Shown one piece after another: positions 1 to 12,141 of a DNA stretch of 64,000 nt. The translations under genes and the position numbers were made by a program. The notes under the pieces are model-generated. The model did not search any database and was not told the DNA's origin. It saw only the letters and a list, made by a program, of their open reading frames with translations. Position 1 is the first letter of the stretch, and every line of letters begins with the position of its first letter. The stretch comes from Bigelowiella natans CCMP2755 (taxonomy: Eukaryota; Protista; Cercozoa). The stretch spans positions 1 through 64,000 of the forward strand of contig ADNK01002059.1 of assembly GCA_000320545.1 (NCBI GenBank), in the 5' to 3' direction.

Positions 1-1
1 C

Positions 2-58
2 CGTACGTAACGTACGTACGTACGTACGTACGTACGTACGTACGTACGTACGTAGTAC
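2..58. repeat. (CGTA)n tetranucleotide tandem repeat
   Basis: Directly visible cgtacgtacgta... array at the window start. Confidence 0.9.
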
Positions 59-68
59 GAGACGTAGA

Positions 69-123
69 GCTAGGAGGAGGAGGACGTTCAAGAGAGAGAG
101 AGAAGGAGAGTGAAGGAGAGAGA

Positions 124-164
<41 letters not shown>

Positions 165-190
165 AACGTTCAAAGACAGAGGAGGAGAAC
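69..190 (+). repeat. Polypurine (GA)n/(GGA)n tract
   Basis: Directly visible. Confidence 0.9.
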
Positions 191-699
191 AAATTGAGAA
201 CTGCTACTCCAACCACCAATGCATGTTGTTGATCATCATTGTCATGCCACTGCTGCTACCACTACCACCACCACTGCTGCTGCTTCACGTTGTCAATCAT
301 CATTGTGATGATCGCAGTGGGAGTGGTGGACCAGCAGAGCAGCACTAGTGGCAGCAGTGGTGCATGGGGGATGGATGATGGCAAGATGTTGCACCATCCC
401 TCATCATCCTCGTCATCCATGATGCAGCAATGCTCACAACTAACTGACCAACTTGCTGACCCGATGATGCTGAATTGAAGCTGTCAGCGTAGACGGTGAG
501 TGCCCAAAGAGGTGTAGCAAGCAGTGTGCCGACGATGGGTACCAATGATCGAGACTGCGATGATGATGGTGCATTGTTGCAGCATTGTCACATTGCTTGA
601 AATGGAAACAGCATTTTTTTGTGATGATGATGATGATGATGATGATGATGTCCACATCATCAAGACCACAAAGTGGCACTGGTAGCAGAGAGCAAAAGA

Positions 700-1713
700 A
701 GAAAAACAAGTGTTCCATCTCCCCCTTGTTGCTCCGGCTGCTGCTGCTACTTGTGCTACTACTTGATTCTCAAGATCACACGTGTGCACATGCACATGTG
801 TGTGTCATGTTCATGACAACATTCCCACCCCCAATGCAAGATCAGCACATCTGCATGTTGCTACCTGAGCAGCATTTGACGTGGGGAAAGAAGATGAAGA
901 GGGAAGAGAGCCATGGCTGCTGTTTGTGGCGTTGGTTTGAACATTCAAACGAGAAGCCAATGATGAAGCTGACGGAGGTGACGCAGCTGCTGCTAGTTTG
1001 TCTGCTGCAATTCCTGATGGAGTTGATTGGTTGGTTCCATCATCATTTTGTCAAAGTTGTGTCATTCACTTGCGTGCAATGAATCAAAGTGATGTCTTGC
1101 AGCACGCACATGCAACAGCAGCAGCAACGATTGCCATCATGTGTTTGCCACAAACACAACAGAAAATGCCTGTCTCACAAACACGCAAGTCCACAAACAA
1201 AAACCACTCATTTGCAATTCCACTGCTGCTGCTACTGCCACCACTGCCATGCACAGTGCGCAATTCTTGACCTCCAAGCAAAGTGGAGGCACTTCCTGCC
1301 ATGGCTGTCATGAGCGCATTGTCAACACCAAATGAAACCGCCTGAGTGTCATTCCACCAACAAGATGCTACAACCACTTTGAGTGTCATCAATGCCACTT
1401 TCTTGAATCTGTGTGTGAAGCAATGACAAACGTTTGGAAGTGTGAACAATTTGAGAAAGAAGTTGCATGATGATGATGCCGCCATGCCTTTGTGCCAATG
1501 AATGATTTGTTGCAGAAGTGTGCAAACAACATCCAACCGCCATTTCTTCTTGATCAAATGTGGAAACGATGTGCAACATCAATGATGCCTTGATCAATCG
1601 ATCTCATTGCATGCAACCATTGACCACCACCATCAACACTCACCTGCTCAGGGAACAAGTCCAGAAATGGAGGGGCCTGAAACAAAGGGGGTGGTGGTGT
1701 GCGAAGGAAAATG

Positions 1714-1747
<34 letters not shown>

Positions 1748-1969
1748 GATTCCACTGTTCTTGCTTTCCCCGCCAAAATTTGAAGGCAGAGCAGTGTGAG
1801 GCAATTTGCACAACAAACGGCAACAATTTCGAGAATGATCATGAACAAGCAATTTGCTTCAAATTTCCTTTGAACTTCACACAGTGGCAACAATGGTGTG
1901 TGACAGAATGAAAATGAATTTTTTCATCTTCAGTTGTTCCATCACACACCGATGTGTTTGGACATTTTT

Positions 1970-2011
<42 letters not shown>

Positions 2012-4100
2012 ACTGACACAGAGGGTGACAGAAAGCGGTGGTGCGCACTGCACAGTGGGGTGCCCCCCCCCCCCCTGCACCACTTGTTCCATCTACCAAA
2101 ACATGACAGAGTCATCGTTGTCGTCATCCTGCGTTCCACCAAAACTCGAAATGTGAGCAAAAAGAAAGAGGGTAGTTGGTTTAACACCACCTTCCAGGCA
2201 GCAATGGTGAAACCAGCCATGAACCGAACCATCTAGGCCTGGAACCACGTGAACATTTCAGCAAATGACATCACAACGTGTCTCCAACAGACAGCACAAA
2301 AGCTGCCATTGCTTGCTGCTGCTGCTGCTGCTGCCCAGTCAATGGAACATCGGCATTGTTGCACACAAGACAACACAATCAACTCTGCTAGAACGATGAC
2401 AACACTCGATGGCACTTCTCCCCATCATCATCATCATCATCATCATCCTGCAACTGCCACTGGAGACATGAAACACGGACAAGCAATGGCAACAAACTGC
2501 TGCTACCGGGTTCACATGCAAACCACACGTGTGATTGCTCACTTGCACAAAAAACAACAACATCATGTTTGAATGTGAACACACACATGCACATGTGCAC
2601 ACATGCATGCACATGTTCTGAACATGATTTGCACATTGCCAGGGGAACATGGACAGTGGGCTTTGAATTCAAGATTTCTTTTGAAATCACTTCAGTGTCT
2701 GGTGTTTCCATCATTGTGTTGGTGCTGCCACCACTGCTACTAGTCGCCAATGGTGCGGAATGAGAAGAATCATTGAGGCTGCTGCTTTCAGTGGTGGCAG
2801 TAGCAGTAGTTGTTGTTGTCACATCTGCAACTGGAGTGGCAGTGGCAGCGGCAGCAGCAGCATCAGATCCAGCATGCATGGGATCATTGTCCTCCTTTCC
2901 ATTGGCAATGGTGACAGCTGCAGCATCATCACAGAAGGAAAGAATGAATGACAATCAGGCTGCTGTGACGATGAATGTGTGGTGTGCACGTTGTGCTAGC
3001 AGAATCTCAGCAATGAACCACCAAACGCAACAATTTTCACCCATCCATCCCCCTTCTTCTCCTCCCCCAATCCTCGCTCTTTCTCTTCTTCTTCTTCACT
3101 CCACTTGAAATGACATGACCACAACAAACAAGATGGCGATTGATTTTCAACAATTCCCCTCCTCCCTTCTCTTTCTCCAACTTCATTTTTTTCACCATGG
3201 CCATCAGCATCATCATCAGCATCTTTGTCACCAGCAGCAGCATCAGCAGAAGTGGCAGTGGTAGCAGTGGCAGTAGCAGCAGTGGTCGTCGCAACGTGAC
3301 GAGGATCTCTCATCACAACAGCCCCCATTGAGGCAGAAACAAGTCCAAACCCACTTGCAGCCATTCCAGCACCCCTCCACCTGGTTTCAGAGTGTCACTG
3401 TTTGTTCATCTGTTCAACACGCAGCACGAAAAATGATCATGACAATGATTGATGTGTGACTTTGTTGTTTCCACGTCGTGTTCATGGCAGTGAGTGAGTG
3501 AGTCAGCAGCACACCATGAAGACAAAAACAACAACAACAATGACAACAACCACAACAACCACAACAACGATGAGCAACGGACACAGCACCCACTGTCACC
3601 ACTGCCATCACTGCCATTGCCACTGCCATTGCTGCTACGACCACCAAGTGCCCCATGCTTTGGTCCAAAAGAATGGAAAGAGAAGCCAATCCACCACCAA
3701 GATGCATCCCCAATGAGAACACCTGGCACATGCGTGGCAACAGTGGCGAGGAGAACCATCATGCATGCACAGTTTGCATGTGGCAATGGTGAGGAGAACC
3801 ATCACACATGCACAGTTTGTGGGCGTGTTTGAGGTTGGTCAGAAGAACGATGGACTCAACAATGCCAACCGAGTCAGCACAAGCAATTTTTTCTTTTGGG
3901 GTGATTTCTGCTGAAAGAGTGTGGGAGCTTGGTGCAGTCACAGCCTGAGCATGGCACCAGCAGCAACAGTTGATCATCTTTGCAGTGGTGGTGGCAGTGC
4001 GATCATTTTGGATTGAGTGTGAGCCTCACACTCGTGAGTGCAAATGGCAGTGATTGTGAGCCTTGTCATGTCATTGTCATCGTCAATGATGACACTTTGC
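700..4100 (-). pseudogene. Probable degenerate microsatellite-rich multi-exon gene remnant, product unknown
   Basis: Protein-like fragments such as ORF 1084-1557 (LDVVCTLLQQIIHWHKG...NVCHCFTHRFKK) read naturally if C/H are restored to Y. The layout resembles the repeat-laden host genes elsewhere in the window. Confidence 0.35.
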
Positions 4101-4478
4101 AATTCAAATGTGTTGTCATGATCTCCAGTGCCACTGATTGATCTCATTCACCACTGCTGCTGCCATGACAGCAACACGAGCACCCAACAGCAGCACGTGC
4201 CTGTGCCAAGCCCATTGCAGATCCAGAAGCGTTGTCATCGTGATTGCTCTCAAAGAAGGAGCTGGCAATCCACCACCACCACCACCGGATTGTTGCGGCC
4301 AAGTTGGCACGTTCTCTGATTTTCTTTGAGCAAAACAGCTGCCACATCCTCTTTCTCTGCTGCGACCATTGCCAAATGGGGTGTGAGTTCTGAGGGGAGG
4401 GACAGCATCCACATCAACCAAGAAAGGCAAGGTGGCACTGGTTTTCACCCTGGCTCTTTTCGTGGGTTTTTTCCTGAC

Positions 4479-4590
4479 CAAAACCCTGGAGATTTTCCTG
4501 GTTTTCTTGCTCAACAAAACCCTGGAGATTTTCCTAGTTTTTTTGCTCAACAAAACCCTGGAGATTTTCCTGGTCTTTTTGCTCAGCAAA
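4479..4590 (+). repeat. 36-bp tandem repeat, about 3 copies
   Basis: Unit aaaaccctggagattttcctggttttcttgctcaac (QQNPGDFPGFLA in the ORF track). Confidence 0.9.
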
Positions 4591-4599
4591 CTCCTTGTC

Positions 4600-5105
4600 G
4601 CAGTCCTGACTTTTGCCCTGACCCCAAACCTCATCGCACCCGTGAAAGTTTTCCTCATCCCAACCCTCATCCCGGCCCTCACCCCAGCCCTGACTTTTGT
4701 CCTTGTCGCAGTCCTGACTTTCGCCGTGACTTCGACCCTGGTCCTGACCCTTGTCGCGGTCCTCACTTTGGCCGTGATTTCAACCCTGATCCTGACCCTT
4801 GTCGCAGCCCTGACTTGTTCTCCTCGTTTCACCCCTGGTCCCAATGCTGATCCCGGTGCTCATCCCAACCCTCACCCCAACCCTGGTCCAAACTCCTCAC
4901 CAAAAACCGTGACTCTGACCCTCATCCCAGCCCTGACCCAATGCCCTCGCCACTTTCCGTGACTTTGGTCCTCACTTTTGCCCTGAGAAAAACCCTGGTC
5001 GATTTTTGTGACTGGTTTCCCTCACTTTGACCCTCACTTCGGCCGTCACTTTGGTCGTCACCTTGGTCGTGGCCCAGGAGAAAACCCCAACCCTGACCCC
5101 AACCG
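4600..5105 (+). repeat. Degenerate hexamer array, telomere-like (CCCTAA-related CCCTGA/CCCTCA/CCCCAA)
   Basis: 6-bp periodic ccctga/ccctca/cccaaa units giving TLTL/PDP/PNP peptides in the ORF track. Confidence 0.55.
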
Positions 5106-5416
5106 CGAAACCATTTGACAAAACTTTTCCGAAGTTTGCTGGACAGCGGAGCAGGCCTTGAAAATGACAAGAGATTTTGAGATCAAACAAACACGAACGC
5201 ACACATGCACACATGCACATGGACACGCACGCTCGCGCTGCAGGAAACTTGTCGTTCGCCTGCCCGTGAAACAAGCCATGATCCATCACCCTCTTCCGGC
5301 GCCGATGATGATCAAACAACCCTCACCAGCACCTCGTCTGCCGAAAAAGGTCGACAATGTCACAACTGATGGACATCATGACATCAAATGAGGACACTTG
5401 CGGTTCTTCAAAGCAA

Positions 5417-5452
<36 letters not shown>

Positions 5453-6877
5453 CTGTGGGCTGCATTCTTCGCATGCATGCATCTAGCTCTGTGCAGCGCC
5501 AACCTGAATCTCACTTTGAAAGAACCAGAAGTGCCCATGCAAGAAAACACCTTTGTTCGGCAGGTGCCATCTCCGTGTCTCTGGCCGCCGCCGCCGTCGT
5601 CGTCATCGCCCGTCATCATCACCGCTGTCCGCCCTGGTCAAATTCACCACTTTCAATCGAGATGGGTTTTGGGATGTCCGTGGCATTGCCATCGCCATCT
5701 CATGGTGCTTCTTTTCTTCCCCCACACTGCCTCCTCTCCTTCCGCGTCCATCCCCATGTTGTCGTCGCTGTCGTCGCCTCCATTGTTTTCGATTCGTCGC
5801 TTTTCCTTCTCCACCACCCCACACCCGCATCTAGGACAAAACACACTGGCGACATCCTGACACGCAGTTTAATATGAAAATTGGACTGCGTTTGGTGCAA
5901 GAACAACATGTGTTTTGTGTAGATTTAGATCTAGCTCTTAAAGATAAAAAACAGCTTCCATTGCGTTGCTTTTGGGGGCTCGACGGCGGACCCTGCAGCT
6001 GGAGGTGCTAAGGACGCTGAGGGAATAAAACGAGGTGTCAGCACAAGCCGAAGGAGAGAAGAGTGCCATAGGGATAGAAGAGAGAGTGGGAGAGAATAAG
6101 GCAAACATCGAGTCGGCAGCAGCGTTACACTAACTAGATCTGCTACTTGCTGTGTGTTTTTTACTACTACTGCCTCAAGTAGTAGCATGTGCTGTAGCTG
6201 ATTTAGTAATTCACGAACAAATTGTTAGAGTCAGACCTCTGTGCCGGCTATCCTCCAAGTACTCGTAGTGACTTCCTGCAAATACTGACCCTCCACAATG
6301 GGATGTGGTGTCTCCAAAGGTTTGTCTACCTCATAAGGATTGCAGCCAAACATTTGTCAATCACAACTGCAACTGCTACTGGGTTGTGCTTAGGAATACG
6401 GCCTCCTTCTGGAAGTAAAGGACCAACTGAGGATGATCATCGTTATGAGGTAAAAAACGATAAAGTCTCTCCTACGCAGGCATTATCTCCATAATTATTC
6501 CTTCGATAGAACATCTACGCCATTTTATCATGATTTCAATATTTGCTTCTAGCAATGGGAGATAATCTGATTCTCCGTTGTCTCTGTTTAAACATCTCAC
6601 CTTCTTACACGCCATACACCATGTTCCATGGTTATCATTTAAATTATTAACTGATACTTAATGCTAGAATCACGATTATTACTACATGTATTATCAGTAT
6701 TGTTGCCATTATATTGAATCACGTATTTATATCCATTTTGCATTTAATGCAAACGGCATTCAAAAACATCTCGACGAACTGTTTCTGTCTCATTAACTCT
6801 ACAAACCTTTTCTGCATCAAGTTGATCTCCTTTTCACGTTTCTCTGTCGTTCCCCATATTTCTCTCCGTCTCATGCA

Positions 6878-9800
6878 ATGTCAAAGGTATCGGATGAACA
6901 GGTCCCAGCCCACATTGCATTCATACCGTCTTTTCCAGCAAAGGACTCCGACAAACTTGATCTGGAAACAGAGTACGAGATCATGCAGGATTTAACCAGA
7001 GATTACCCCGATTTCCAGTTCTCGAGATGGCGGGCAAGCATGGAGCACATACAAAATGCGATCGACTCGGGTTGCTTCTGCTTCCACTTCGCTGGGCACG
7101 GAGACCAGGAAAAGGGCCTCTGCATCGAAGGCGACCTGCCAAGCGATTATGCTAAAATATACCTTGATGGAAAATCCCTCCGAAAAATGTTCCAAGAGAT
7201 TACACCTTCAAAAAACAGACCCAGGATTGTGTTTTTAGCCGCGTGTCACAGCGAGGTCGTAGGTGAAAAGCTCATCATGGATAAATTGGTGAACCACGCG
7301 GTTGTTTGTCGGAAAGAGTATGAGCTTGACGACAACGTCGCTCCGATAGTTTCCAAAGAATTTTATCGACGATTGCTACGAGGGGAGAGTGTTCTTGAAG
7401 CTTTCGAGCGGGCAAAAGGGAGACTTCGAGAAATCGTTGAATGGCGAGTACATCAAGCACTCTCCATTTTAAAAGGCCACATCTTTCAGTCCGCCAAGCT
7501 GGAATCAATATTCGAGAACATAAGAAAGAGGAACGTGCCATTTGGGAAGAGTGTGTACGATGAGCTATCTGCTTTGTGTTCGCAGAAGGATGTTGGTCTA
7601 GAACAAGAACAGAAGGAAGAGATCAGGAAGTTAATCGGAGGGGCCTATGTAGCCGAGAAGGAAGTAAAAAAATACAAACTTTTACCCTGCGTCAATATCG
7701 ACGGAACCCACAACGCGAAGTACAAATTCGAGAAACCAGAGCGGCAAATCCAATCCCAAATAGGATGGATTCCGAAACCCTTATCCTTCTTCTCGATGGA
7801 TTTGGTTCGAAAGCAATATAAGGATATCGTTAACAACTGCCGTCTTTCGATTAAGAACGACCATGCTGTCTTAGTGAAAGAATTCGCAAAACAGTGGGTG
7901 CAAATAGTCGGTGGGAAGGACACAGGTAAGACTTCATTGGCGACGGCTGTCGCCTGGAGGATGCGACATGATAATGACGGACCAACAGCTATATTCTGGG
8001 TAATCGTGGTTCTCAGTTCTCTCTTTCTTCTATTCCTGTTCTCTTTCTCTCTTTGGTATGTGTGTGCACAAAGTGGTTGATTTCATTTATCATTTCTTCA
8101 ATCTGGATGATGATTTCAGGTCGATCTTTCCGATTTCAAAGATAAAAGAGGCATTTTGTCAGCCGTGGCTGAATCTACATCTTCCGATCAGAGCCAGCCC
8201 CTCCAGGAACTCAAAAATATAGCAAAATCGAAACGAATATTGCTGGTTGGTACTAGCGCGATTTGTATTTATATGTCATGTTGTTCGTCGCCCGATATTT
8301 GCTAGCCCAGAATTCCCTCTACGTGCTTAAAAGGATAGAAGAGTCTCGGATGCGCTGCGTGTGATTCATTATTTGATTATTGGAACTTCTGATTCCGGAA
8401 CGGACTTCTCCTCCATTTACTATTGATTGGATCCTTCATCAGATATGCGACGATATCCCCACCACTCTCCCTGGACCTCATGTATTTCATGAGATACTCA
8501 AGATAAGCAAGTCCTTGTTGCTGCTGAGCACTTCAAGGATAAGATTTGATGATCTGGATGATTCTTTGGTACAATATGATTGCATGAGGGTTTTCAATAT
8601 GTGCGTGTGTGTGCGTATGTGTGTGTCATTTTGCGCGAGTTGATTAACAATTTATATGATTCCAGGTCGTAAAGATGAACCCAACTTTAAACAAAGAAAG
8701 GTTCAAAAGATTGTTTTGTGCGTATCTACAATCGACTTCCATTCGTTTTGTAAATTTGAAAAATCTTCATTTCTCAACGCTTCACAAAGGTATAGATATT
8801 TTTTAAATCTAAATTTGCGGATTGTGTTGATGCCCTATTGGACATGTCGCAGAAGTTGGCAAGCACATAAGCAATCCTTCTATGTGTGTAAAGATGTCGA
8901 GACAAGTTGTATCCCTCGCATCTGGAAGCAGAGAAATTGTGTTTGAGGACAAACATCACCTAGTACGCATTGCTGAGACACTAATCAAGGACACCGCCGC
9001 CCATTACATCAAAATGAGAGGGCATATTTCCGAGATCTCAAAGCATCCTAATGATTTTGGCTTCATCAAGGCCAAAACACACATAGGTTTTGATCTCAAA
9101 TCTGTCAAATGTAAGCTCGCAGCTGGCATGCGGGTGTACTTCAACTTCAACATTGATTCTCAAGGTAAACTGTGCGCCAAGAACATCGTTGTGTTGAAGC
9201 AAGAACTTCTCCAAAAGAAGATATACTCCGAGGGGGTGGTAAAATTTGTCAAGTCTAGTCGTGGTATGATCATGGCAGATGTCGCCATCTACTACAAGTT
9301 GAAGATGATTCCTAATGCGAAGATTAAAGATGAAGTAGAAGTACAAGCTAAGGTCGTTAAACAGGGAAGATTGTCAGCTGTATCGGTCAGAACCTTTCCT
9401 CGTACAAAAAATACTCCCGGAATAATAATGAGGATGCAGAATGGCAATGTCTTTATTCGTCTTTTAAAAAACGAAGATGACCCACCCCAGAGCTGCTCAA
9501 GGGATAAGTGCAAGTACAAAAACCCAGCCGCTGGAGATGTTGTTATGGTGGAGCATCTCTTCTCAAAGGAGTCCAGCATCCTAAAGGTACAAAAGAAGAT
9601 TCCAACCAAGATTGGAAGAATTAAAAAAGTTGGACCTAAATATGGTTTCATAAAAGTCAAAACAGAGGCTAAGGACGTCTACTTCGACAGAGGTTGTTGC
9701 AAAATACCGCAGCCAGCTAAAGGCGATGAAGTGAGAGTCTCCTTCATTGCTTCAAAAGGAAAATTGACAGCTGTATTAGTTTGTAGATCACGATCACGCA

Positions 9801-10420
9801 CAACCTCTCCCAAACCTAAGAAGCGTCTCGAAACTGTCGGGAGAATAGAGGAGGTGCAGAATAACAGTGTCACTATTCTTCATCTTTATGAAGACGAAGG
9901 TGTCTCAAAAAAGGAGCGTGCACACTGCTTAAAGCGTGTGTGCAAATACGAAAACCCAAAAGTCGGAGACATTGTTCAGGTGTTGTACCAAAAAAAAAAG
10001 CCCGATGAACAAAAAGGGTCTTACTACAAAATTGAAATAGTGCGAGAGATTCTGACCAAAAATGGAAAAGTCGCTGAACCTGGTCTCATCATCGTCAAGG
10101 GTGTCAATAACCTACAGCATGACGTTCACTTTAAGAGAGGTTGTTGTCGAAACGCGGAGCCAGAGCCAGCTAAAGGCGATACCGTGCAAGTCTCCTACAC
10201 TTATAATGGCAGAAGTTTCAATGCTCTTCACGTCTGCCAGCCTAAAAACGAAGGCGAAGGAAAACATCCTAACCCTAACCCTAACCCTGACCCTAAACCT
10301 AACGTCGAGTTTGAGGACTTTGTGGAAATCTTCAGACAACATGTGGAAGTCCAGATTCAGGTCGAAAACCCAACGGTGTCATCGAATGCTGCATTAGATG
10401 CGCATCAACACGCAAATTGA
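6878..10420 (+). CDS. CHAT (caspase-HetF) protease + STAND/NB-ARC-like P-loop NTPase + about 6 cold-shock/OB-fold-like repeats; 5 exons, about 1021 aa
   Basis: Exons 6878-7999, 8120-8245, 8443-8568, 8666-8789 and 8853-10420 join in frame across GT-AG introns. CHAT dyad motifs HFAGHG and VFLAACHS; Walker A GGKDTGKT; Walker B RILL|ICDD; sensor-like LLLSTSR; CSD-like units (FGFI, KYGFI...DVYF...GDEVRV). Confidence 0.8.
10268..10303 (+). repeat. Short CCCTAA telomere-type repeat inside the CDS (PNPNPNPDPKPN)
   Basis: cctaaccctaaccctaaccctgaccctaaacctaac. Confidence 0.8.
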
Positions 10421-10625
10421 ATAGTTGTGGAAGCACTACCAAGCCGGCGACTATGGAATGTTTGCCAAGTCCATAGGCCCAGCGCTAAAAATCAAGATTG
10501 AGGCAGAAAACCCAGAGGCATCGAGCGGTGACCGTGACAAACTTAAGATAAATATGGTTGGAAAGCTATGGAGGCTCTTGAGGGACAATCAAGCACATGA
10601 ACAGAGCGAAAACTTTAAAAACTGA
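10304..10625 (+). pseudogene. Two HMG-box-like repeats at the gene's 3' end, interrupted by a frameshift and stop
   Basis: FEDFVEIFRQHVEVQIQVENPTVSS...(frame change)...LWKHY and YGMFAKSIGPALKIKIEAENPEASS...MVGKLWRLL resemble each other and the HMG-box consensus (F...R..IK.ENP..S...G..W..L). Confidence 0.4.
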
Positions 10626-10884
10626 AACAAATCATCTCCAACTGCAAACACAAACATTCAATTTGCTGGAATTAAAAATTCAAAGATGTGTCATTTTGTC
10701 ATTGGCGTTCACATCTCATTCAACAAAAAATTGTGTGTTCATTGCACCCGTCTCATCTCATTCAACAACAAAGCCAATCCTTGCATTTTCCATGTGGTCA
10801 TTATTTGAATCATGTGCAATGCAGCCATGCATGATGGGTTTTGCTAGCTTGACTAGTTGACTGTTCATACATCACAGACAACGT

Positions 10885-10990
10885 CATGCAATGTGCATTG
10901 CATTGCCCACACATGTTTTGCCCACACGTGCACCAAAGTGTCGTGTGTGTTGTGCAACACATGTGAGCTCAACCACACACGCACCAAAGC
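10885..10990 (+). repeat. Copy of the dispersed repeat that hosts the Gypsy insertion
   Basis: atgttttgcccacacgtgcacc...tgttgtgcaacacatgtgagctcaaccacaca aligns with the joined flanks of the LTR element (52860-52877 plus 60182-60265). Confidence 0.6.
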
Positions 10991-12141
10991 AAGCGTTTTG
11001 TGAAGCACGTGTGTGTTCACAACCGCAGTTGAGTCCTTGAGTGCGTGGCTAATTTTTTCATGCGAAAGCTTTGCAATTGAGCAGTCATTTTGCTCAAATT
11101 TGCAATGGACACCTCTTTTTCTGCTTCAGTCAGTGGCTTTGTCTCATCGTTTCGATTCATGACAGCGCTCATGTGGCCACAAAGACCATGTGGCGTGCAC
11201 CCTCTTGGCACACATGTTCTCCACTACGTGTGTGGTGTTTTTTTTTGATGATGCACATGTGTTCTTTTGTGCATGTGCACGTGATGAAAATGTGATCACA
11301 ATGCAACACGTGGCACAAAAAAAATTCCACAACGTGTGTTCACATGCGCGCGTACGTCACACAGCCATGAAGGCCACATGCGCTAGCGTTCAATTGATTG
11401 CAAAATCCAAGCTGTTGATGTTCGCATTCCTCGCATTGAAGGAGATGATCCATGTCTTTCACGACCCCACAAACATTGCATGTGGCATCTGCTTCTTCAC
11501 ACTGTCCTCGGGATGACACATGTGTGTGGTGTTGCATGTCTAGCATGAGCAATGCATGCGGTGCAGTTGTCAAAATGGAGCATGCGTGTGCTTCCAAATG
11601 CATCCATCAAGTGACCGACCGTCTCACATCAATTGGACATGAGATGCAACAAAGCACAGAGTGGAAACCAACCCATCGACATCAGGGGAAGGGGAGAAGG
11701 TGGTTGCTTTGATCACTTCAATCACAAACATGTCGGGAGCACCGTTGTTGTTCCGGACAATGACATGACGCAATGCTGGAATGCAACGATGTTTGTGACG
11801 CCCCTTGCAAAGCTGTGGATTTGTGCTGCTGCAATCTGACAACAGCTGCGACCAGGATGTGCAGCAGGATGTGAACAGTTTGGGGCAAACCCCCCTCAAA
11901 TGAACAGAAGGCACTTCATTGGACAGTCTAGAATTGGGCAATCACACTCATGATGCATCAATTGAGGACCTTTTGTGCGGTAGATGTTTGTGTGCTGATG
12001 CCAGTGTGCTGTGTTGACAAACATGTCTCTTGTGACGCAAGCATTGTTTCTTGTGTTTTCTTGCATCCTCGTCAGCTCACTGTTTTGCGAACTTCAATCC
12101 AAACTTTCTCCCGCAGCGCATCAATGTGTGGCGGTGACCAT

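Larger units (their letters stand above)
200..5870. other. TpA-depleted (A-to-G hypermutated) domain 1
   Basis: About 30 TpA in 5.6 kb by eye, nearly all in CTAC/GTAG/CTAG, with a strong TG/CA excess. Normal TA content resumes abruptly at about 5870. Confidence 0.9.

Noticed and set aside
4116-4962. Long repetitive ORFs (242, 174 and 176 aa) as proteins
   Set aside because: They are open in several frames on both strands only because the repeat lacks stops.
239-5909. Dense overlapping ORFs here and in other mutated domains as real genes
   Set aside because: They are by-products of stop-codon loss and microsatellites (poly-M/H/I/C tracts).
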